This document shows positions 16,797 to 22,463 of a stretch of DNA of 22,463 nt, one piece after another. Under the pieces are notes generated by a model. The model was not told where the DNA came from. It did no database searches and saw nothing but the letters and a program-made list of their open reading frames with translations. The translations under genes were made by a program, and so were the position numbers. The stretch covers positions 1 through 22,463 of the forward strand of contig CAZOYD010000057.1 in the NCBI GenBank assembly GCA_964583985.1. Direction: 5' to 3'. The DNA comes from an uncultured archaeon. Its GTDB lineage: Archaea > Asgardarchaeota > Lokiarchaeia > Sigyniarchaeales > SOKP01. Each line of letters opens with the position of its first letter. The stretch's first letter is position 1.

Positions 16797-18920
16797 TTAT
16801 ATTGTAATTATACCACCAAATATTAAAAATAAGGGAACAAATGTAATAGAAATTGTGTTTATTACTTTTATAAAGATATGAAGCGAAGGACCAGCAGTAT
16901 CTTTTAAGGGATCTCCAAAAGTATCTCCAACAACAGCTGCAGCGTGAGCAGTTGAACCCTTGCCCCCAAAAATTCCTCCTTCAATCGCTTTTTTTGCATT
17001 ATCTAGTGCCCCTCCAGCAGTATTCATTACAAATCCTAATAGTATTCCTGATATCGTTCCTGAAATAAGGAAAGCCGCGATGGATGCTGCACCGAATAAA
17101 AATCCCAATAATATAGGAGTCAAAATTGTAAGCAATGAAGGAAAAATCATTTGCTTTAATGACACTTTAGTCGCTATATCAATACAACTTGCGTAATCTG
17201 GAGCAACTGTTCCCAGGAGTATTCCAGGTTCTCTTGTAAATTGATCTTTGATTTCTTTTATCATAGCATAAGCAGCTATTCCAGTAGATCTGATCGCTAA
17301 TGAAGAGAAGAAAAAAGGTAATACGGCCCCAATAAATAACGAAACCATTATAACTGGATTATAAATATTAATATCTAGCAATTTAGCTTCTTCTAAATAA
17401 GCTTCAAATAATACGATCGCTGATAGAGCAGCACATGACATCCCGAAACCCTTTGCTAAAGCTTTGGTCGTATTTCCTACAGAATCCAACCGATCCAAAT
17501 TTCTCCTAACATCTTCTCCCAGGTGAGCCATTTCAGCAATTCCTGCGGCATTATCTGAAACAGGGCCAAACCCGTCAAAAGCAAGAATGATTGTTGTTAT
17601 TGATAATAGTCCCATTGTCGTAACAGTAATGCCAAAAACTCCTCCTATGGCTGGATTTAAACCACTTAAAAGACCATAATTGTATCCTAATATATAACAA
17701 AATATTATAGCAAATACATAAGTAATTACGGGAATCAAGGTGGATTCTAAACCTACAGCAAAACCACTTATCACATTTGTAGCAGCTCCCGTTTCAGAGC
17801 TTTTAATTATTTCTTTCACGGGGCGATAACGTGAGCTAGTATAAAAAGCTACAATAAAATAAGTTGAAATACCTAAGAAAATACCAAAAACAGAACATAT
17901 AAATAATAACCACCAAGCACCACCAAATGATATCAAAGTCAAGATAAGAAAGAAAATTAAACAACAAATTGATGTAAAAGTCAATCCACGGGTAAACGCT
18001 TTAATGGGATCAGAATCCTCATCTTTCATTTTAACAAAATAACTGCCAATTATCGCAGCTAAAATTCCTAAAGCCCTTGATATCAAAGAAAAAATGATGA
18101 ATAATGGATTACCTGTTAGCGTACTTAAACCCACACCAATAATCATGGCACCAAGATTATTTGCTGATGAAGATTCAAAAAGATCAGCACCTCTTCCAGC
18201 ACAATCTCCGACATTATCTCCGACATTATCAGCGATGACCGCGGGATTTCTATAATCATCTTCAGGTAATCTCTGCTCTAATTTTCCAACAATATCTGCC
18301 CCTATATCTGCCCCTTTTGTGAAAATGCCTCCACCTAATTGAGCAAATAATGCGGCAAATGATGATCCAAACCCAAAACCAAGAATATTTGCAATAGTAA
18401 AATTGAATATGATATATAATATGCAAATTCCGAGTAATGATGCTGAAATAACTGCGATTCCAATGATAAGACCTGAATTAAAACCGATTTTTAACGCTTT
18501 TTTAATACTTTCTTTACATGCTTGTGTGACCTTTACATTTGCCGTTGTTGAAGCTATCATGCTAATATAGCCGGCTCCTATTGAGCTAATCGCTCCCACT
18601 AAGAATGAAATTCCTATTGCGCTTATCTTCCCCGATGATAGTATAATTGCAATATCGATACTCAAGAGAATTAAAAAAATTATTCCTAATACAATACCGA
18701 TTGTTTTATATTGTCGCTTTAAATATGTTTTAGAACCCATTTTTATAATATTATGAATTTTTTCCATTTCAGGGGTTCCATTATCAAGCTTCTTTAAATT
18801 CTTCATCAAAATTCCGATATAAAAGAATCCAAAAACAGAAATTGCAATAACTAAAATAAACAAGATGATATATATTATAAAATCAGCATTTAGTGTTGTA
18901 AAATTAAAATCTTGGAACAT
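16797..18920 (-). CDS. hppA: Membrane-bound ion-translocating pyrophosphatase, K+-independent H+-PPase type, copy 1
   Basis: GGGIFTKGADIGADIVGKLE, PEDDYRNP, DNVGDNVGDCAGRGADLFES, GNTTKA, DNAKK, GDPLKDTAGPSLHIFIK. Confidence 0.95.
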   Translation of the reverse strand: MFQDFNFTTLNADFIIYIILFILVIAISVFGFFYIGILMKNLKKLDNGTPEMEKIHNIIKMGSKTYLKRQYKTIGIVLGIIFLILLSIDIAIILSSGKISAIGISFLVGAISSIGAGYISMIASTTANVKVTQACKESIKKALKIGFNSGLIIGIAVISASLLGICILYIIFNFTIANILGFGFGSSFAALFAQLGGGIFTKGADIGADIVGKLEQRLPEDDYRNPAVIADNVGDNVGDCAGRGADLFESSSANNLGAMIIGVGLSTLTGNPLFIIFSLISRALGILAAIIGSYFVKMKDEDSDPIKAFTRGLTFTSICCLIFFLILTLISFGGAWWLLFICSVFGIFLGISTYFIVAFYTSSRYRPVKEIIKSSETGAATNVISGFAVGLESTLIPVITYVFAIIFCYILGYNYGLLSGLNPAIGGVFGITVTTMGLLSITTIILAFDGFGPVSDNAAGIAEMAHLGEDVRRNLDRLDSVGNTTKALAKGFGMSCAALSAIVLFEAYLEEAKLLDINIYNPVIMVSLFIGAVLPFFFSSLAIRSTGIAAYAMIKEIKDQFTREPGILLGTVAPDYASCIDIATKVSLKQMIFPSLLTILTPILLGFLFGAASIAAFLISGTISGILLGFVMNTAGGALDNAKKAIEGGIFGGKGSTAHAAAVVGDTFGDPLKDTAGPSLHIFIKVINTISITFVPLFLIFGGIITI

Positions 18921-19234
18921 TTATCTCAACAAATTAAGTCATTTATTATTTCTATGAACTGAAATATCCTAAATTAATAACTCAAAATAATACAAATTTA
19001 AAAAGATTTAGTCTTTTGTGTTTGAAATAAGGTAAAGAAAGAATTAAGGTTATAAAAAAGGTTGTAGGCATTATATTTCTCAAATTATATTTAGCAAATT
19101 TAAATAGGATATAATCAAGCTTATGCAAAAGAAGATTTCAGATAATTAATTATTAGTATTAATGAAAACTTTCTCTATTTTATTTCTTACTGGATAATTA
19201 ATTCTAAAATATAAGTAGGAAAAGTAAAATCCAT

Positions 19235-21061
19235 TTATTTGATATAATGTCCAAATTGTGGAAAATTCCTAAGTTGCTGTGAGTTAAAAATAGGACCCTC
19301 TTTACAAACAGAAATATTATTATTCTCTCCAATACAACATGAACCGCACAATCCAACACCGCACTTCATCTTGCGTTCTAAACTAGCTTGCATTAGAATA
19401 TTTCTGGACTCTGCAATCTCTAGCACTTTTTTCATCATTATTTCTGGACCACAAGTCAAAATTAAGTCTATTTTCTCTTTTTCGATAATGTCTTTTATTG
19501 GTTCAGTAACATAACATTTCTTCCCAAATGAACCATCATCAGTAGTACAGAGCGTATTTGGTATCAAGTCAATCATTCTATCCGCAAAAATTAATGAAAT
19601 ATCATCTTTTGCCCCGATTGCTACAAACACGTTCTTTTTATTTATCTTTAAAGGCTCTATTAAGCTAGTTAATGCGGCGATACCCATACCTCCCCCAACG
19701 ATGAGAATGTTAGTTGCATCCTCATAATTCCAGGAATTTCCATATGGACCCCTGATACCAATGTAATCTCCTTCCGTTAGATTAAATAATGCTGCGGTAC
19801 CTTCTCCTACCATTTCAACCGTTATTTCAAGTTCATTTCCTTTTATTTTTGAAACTGACATTGGCATAAAATCGTTATCTGGGAGCCATAATATTATGAA
19901 CATGCCTGGTTTATAAGCCTTCGCAATTCTTTGATTTCGAAGATAAAAACTTTTAATTTTAGGTGAGTGTTGGATAATGGACTCTATTTTTACTATATCA
20001 GTCTTAGCACGGGTTATATCTAATACTAATTCTTCACTGTCTTTATCAAGAGATTTTACTTCCAAGACTCCTTGGTTTACCACTGAGTCGAATACTTTTT
20101 TACCTCTTTCAGTTCTTATGATAAAAGTGTCACATCCTTCTTCACTCCCAAAATTTCCGATTGAAATATCTGCAAATGATGCGGTATAATCAGAGCATGA
20201 AAAACACGCTTTTCTAATAGCTTTTTCATATAGATAGTTTAATGGAATTTCAATTTCCTTTGAATTGGTTTTTACTTTCAATTTGAAATTATGATGATCT
20301 GCTTCTATTTTTTGAATGTTTGCTGGTTGGATCCCATTTTCTTCATATATCTCAGTTAAAGCTTTATTATAGAAGGTTCCAGTACAAAATGTACCAATCG
20401 TTAATGAAACTAGATCGAATGCTTCAAAATCAAATATAGGATGATTTTGGAGTTTTCTTAAAGCTTCAATCTGACAAGGAGTACCTACTACTGCAATATC
20501 TATAAAATTTTTATTGATAGCTTCTCCAACGAGTGAAATTGTTGGATTCTGCTGAGGTTTATATCCAGCACCCTTAAAAAGATCCTCTTGACTTTTAGCT
20601 ATGGTTGGATGGGGTCGAAAGTATTGATCTTTTTCTGAAATGATTGCGGCATCAATAAAACCATTATTCATCGCTGACCATAGCATAGCTGTTAACGGAC
20701 CTGCATTTGGTGGCAATGTCCCTCTCATTTTATCACTTAGCTTTACTGTAACAATTTCGATATAATGACCCAATATCCTTTCAGATTTTTGCCCGAAAAC
20801 CCATTTATCTAATAACGAGATTGGGAACCTGTCAGTTTCTGTCTTTGGGCATAAATTATAGCATAAGCCAAAACCATCACGACAGGTATTGGAATCCTCA
20901 CAAGATCCATCTTCTATGGGTATCTCCTTTTCCAAATCAAATTTTATATTTGAACAAAAAGCACCACAAGCTCCACAATATACGCACTTTCCTGTTAATA
21001 TAATCTCATCATGTAGTTCTTTCCAACCTTTTTTGACTTTTTGAATAAACAACTTAATCAT
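19235..21061 (-). CDS. Fusion of a ferredoxin/FrhB-FdhB-like (F420 hydrogenase beta) domain and a PyrK/NfnA-like FAD-NAD(P)-[2Fe-2S] domain
   Basis: N-terminal part: CVYCGACGAFC...CYNLCP, VGTPCQ, IGTFC, CFSCSDY...ADISIG, IIRTERG. C-terminal part (from about 20000 down): KPGMF, PMS, VGEGT, RGPYG, GGGMG, TDDGS, CGPE, ERKMKCGVGLCGSC...VCKEGP. The start may be TTG 21053 (TGAT SD 4 nt upstream). Confidence 0.85.
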   Translation of the reverse strand: MIKLFIQKVKKGWKELHDEIILTGKCVYCGACGAFCSNIKFDLEKEIPIEDGSCEDSNTCRDGFGLCYNLCPKTETDRFPISLLDKWVFGQKSERILGHYIEIVTVKLSDKMRGTLPPNAGPLTAMLWSAMNNGFIDAAIISEKDQYFRPHPTIAKSQEDLFKGAGYKPQQNPTISLVGEAINKNFIDIAVVGTPCQIEALRKLQNHPIFDFEAFDLVSLTIGTFCTGTFYNKALTEIYEENGIQPANIQKIEADHHNFKLKVKTNSKEIEIPLNYLYEKAIRKACFSCSDYTASFADISIGNFGSEEGCDTFIIRTERGKKVFDSVVNQGVLEVKSLDKDSEELVLDITRAKTDIVKIESIIQHSPKIKSFYLRNQRIAKAYKPGMFIILWLPDNDFMPMSVSKIKGNELEITVEMVGEGTAALFNLTEGDYIGIRGPYGNSWNYEDATNILIVGGGMGIAALTSLIEPLKINKKNVFVAIGAKDDISLIFADRMIDLIPNTLCTTDDGSFGKKCYVTEPIKDIIEKEKIDLILTCGPEIMMKKVLEIAESRNILMQASLERKMKCGVGLCGSCCIGENNNISVCKEGPIFNSQQLRNFPQFGHYIK

Positions 21062-21650
21062 TCTCCTCCTGTAGCTTCTTTAAAAACTCCAATCCTTCTT
21101 GCTTTCCAAGTTCAAATGCTTCTAGATTTATGTCTAAGGTTGAAGCAGGGACAAAAGATTGGATAGTCTGGATTGCGGATTCCTCAGAAAAAATTTCAGA
21201 TAAAACAGTGAAGATACCAAATAATATGCTATTGCCAAACACAATGTTATTAAATTTTTCGACAGCCAACTTCTGAATGGGAATGCCTAAAGATTTTTTT
21301 ATTCTTTTAGCTGCTCTAATTTTACTTATGGTTGATGTATCCCAAATCAAAAAACCAGTCTTACCCTCTTTCACGAAATCTGGTTTAACATCACTTGCAG
21401 CTTCTTCAGATAAAACGATTAAAAAGTCATAAGGTTGTAATGCTTTTGGATAATCTATGAGCTCTATTTTTCTATCCAACTCAACTACTACTTCAGCCCA
21501 ACATTTACCTCCCCTGGCCGCTGCAGAATAAGCCTCAGTTTGTGTGGCTGCTAAATTTTCATATAAAGAACTGGCAGTGATAATCATTTTACTTAAAGTT
21601 ATGACTCCTTGACCACCGTAGCCACTAATTCTAATTTCATATCTTGCCAT
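21054..21650 (-). CDS. korC: 2-oxoacid:ferredoxin oxidoreductase gamma subunit (KorC/PorC-like)
   Basis: IRISGYGGQG, YSAAARGG, FGNSILFG, NLEAFELG; 3 nt after the beta subunit stop codon. Substrate specificity cannot be determined. Confidence 0.85.
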   Translation of the reverse strand: MARYEIRISGYGGQGVITLSKMIITASSLYENLAATQTEAYSAAARGGKCWAEVVVELDRKIELIDYPKALQPYDFLIVLSEEAASDVKPDFVKEGKTGFLIWDTSTISKIRAAKRIKKSLGIPIQKLAVEKFNNIVFGNSILFGIFTVLSEIFSEESAIQTIQSFVPASTLDINLEAFELGKQEGLEFLKKLQEEND

Positions 21651-21653
21651 GTT

Positions 21654-22463
21654 TTATTTATCCCCCATGGCTATTTTCTGAATTTTTGCGTACTCTTCCG
21701 AATATTCGGGTTTATTTGGTTCATAACGGAACTCCCCAATGATGTATTTATTGAATAATTCTTCTTCGCTCATGAATTTTGCTTGATTGATCCTCACAGT
21801 ATTTTTCTTGATCCAATCAATCATCTTGAATCCTTGATCCATTTTCTCTCCTTTAATTCCTGTATTTTCTGCTCCTAAACTATTTAAATTCTTTCTACCG
21901 AAATAAGTGATGCAAGGAGTAATTATTTCAATTACCGAAGTACCCTTATGAGCTAATGCTCTTCTGAAGTATTTCATATACGTTCTTGGATGAGCTACAG
22001 TAGTTCTGGCCACGTAGGTAGCTCCTGCTGCTAAAGCCAATTCAACCCCATCACTCCGATTTTCAAACATGCTATATGGTGTCGTAGTGCTTTGAGCACC
22101 ATAAAGCGTAGTAGGAGCGCCTTGTCCTCCCGTCATGGCGTAAATGCTATTGTTAAAGATTAACATCACGCAATCTAAATTTCTTCTACAAAGATGGATA
22201 AAATGATTGCCTCCTATTCCTAAACTATCACCATCTCCCGAAAAGATAATAGGTTTCATCCTCGGATTTGCCATCTTAATTCCTGTAGCTACAGCAGGCG
22301 CTCTTCCATGAAGGGCTAAAATTTTCTGGGATTTATAATGAACCAATAAGAGCATTTGACTGTAACATCCAATTCCAATAACAGTTGGAAAAAGCTTAGG
22401 ATCCAAATGATCATCTTCAAAAATTCTTGTAAATAATTGAGCTATGATTCCGTAACCACATCC
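21654..22463 (-). CDS. korB: 2-oxoacid:ferredoxin oxidoreductase beta subunit (TPP-binding); 5' end off the window
   Basis: The frame is open to the window edge (GCGYGIIAQLF..., the end of the CxGCG motif), so the ORF-track start at 22406 is an artefact. Motifs GIGC, HGRA, GDGD...GGNH...NN, YAMTGGQ, TPC. Confidence 0.9.
   Translation of the reverse strand, partial: GCGYGIIAQLFTRIFEDDHLDPKLFPTVIGIGCYSQMLLLVHYKSQKILALHGRAPAVATGIKMANPRMKPIIFSGDGDSLGIGGNHFIHLCRRNLDCVMLIFNNSIYAMTGGQGAPTTLYGAQSTTTPYSMFENRSDGVELALAAGATYVARTTVAHPRTYMKYFRRALAHKGTSVIEIITPCITYFGRKNLNSLGAENTGIKGEKMDQGFKMIDWIKKNTVRINQAKFMSEEELFNKYIIGEFRYEPNKPEYSEEYAKIQKIAMGDK

Noticed and set aside
18982-19071. 29-aa minus-strand ORF MPTTFFITLILSLPYFKHKRLNLFKFVLF, and a 15-aa ORF starting at 19234, as possible peptide substrates for the CPBP-ABC system
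   Set aside because: No clear SD, no CAAX-like terminus, AT-rich promoter-like DNA, and far from the ABC modules.
19235-20000. Calling the 608-aa protein simply pyrK (pyrimidine biosynthesis)
   Set aside because: No pyrD or other pyr genes are adjacent, and the domain is fused to an FrhB-like module within an OFOR operon.
2348-21003. Short antisense or alternate-frame ORFs in the track (e.g. 2348..2533, 3061..3291, 8872..9216, 9889..10203, 12846..13058, 16960..17196, 19977..20189)
   Set aside because: All lie within well-supported CDSs and have no motifs. The similarity between 12846..13058 and 16960..17196 only mirrors the hppA paralogy.
1-22463. CRISPR arrays, tRNA/rRNA genes, IS elements or prophage
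   Set aside because: No spaced repeats, GC-rich structured segments, or transposase/integrase motifs were seen; intergenic gaps are short and AT-rich.

Overview
AT-rich archaeal window, most likely Asgard/Lokiarchaeia (inferred from a Loki-style CxxC...C-x(1-2)-H-x-F...RGY hypothetical protein, GTGAT-type Shine-Dalgarno motifs and oligo-T terminators). Nearly all genes are on the minus strand. In transcription order (right to left): 2-oxoacid:ferredoxin oxidoreductase beta (partial) and gamma, coupled to an FrhB-PyrK fusion flavo-Fe/S protein; a tandemly duplicated membrane pyrophosphatase (hppA)/EamA transporter block with a USP and two reciprocal EamA pseudogene remnants, only partly visible in the ORF track; two tandem ABC ATPase + large permease modules whose permeases are fused to an apparently intact CPBP (Rce1/Abi-type) intramembrane protease; a PP-loop (N-type ATP pyrophosphatase) enzyme; a membrane M28 peptidase on the plus strand; a hypothetical Zn-binding protein; and an LsrF-like thiolase/aldolase (partial, absent from the ORF track). 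The best candidates for undescribed systems are the duplicated protease-fused ABC exporters and the FrhB-PyrK fusion. I saw no rRNA, tRNA, CRISPR array or mobile element. All calls come from manual motif reading, with no database searches.
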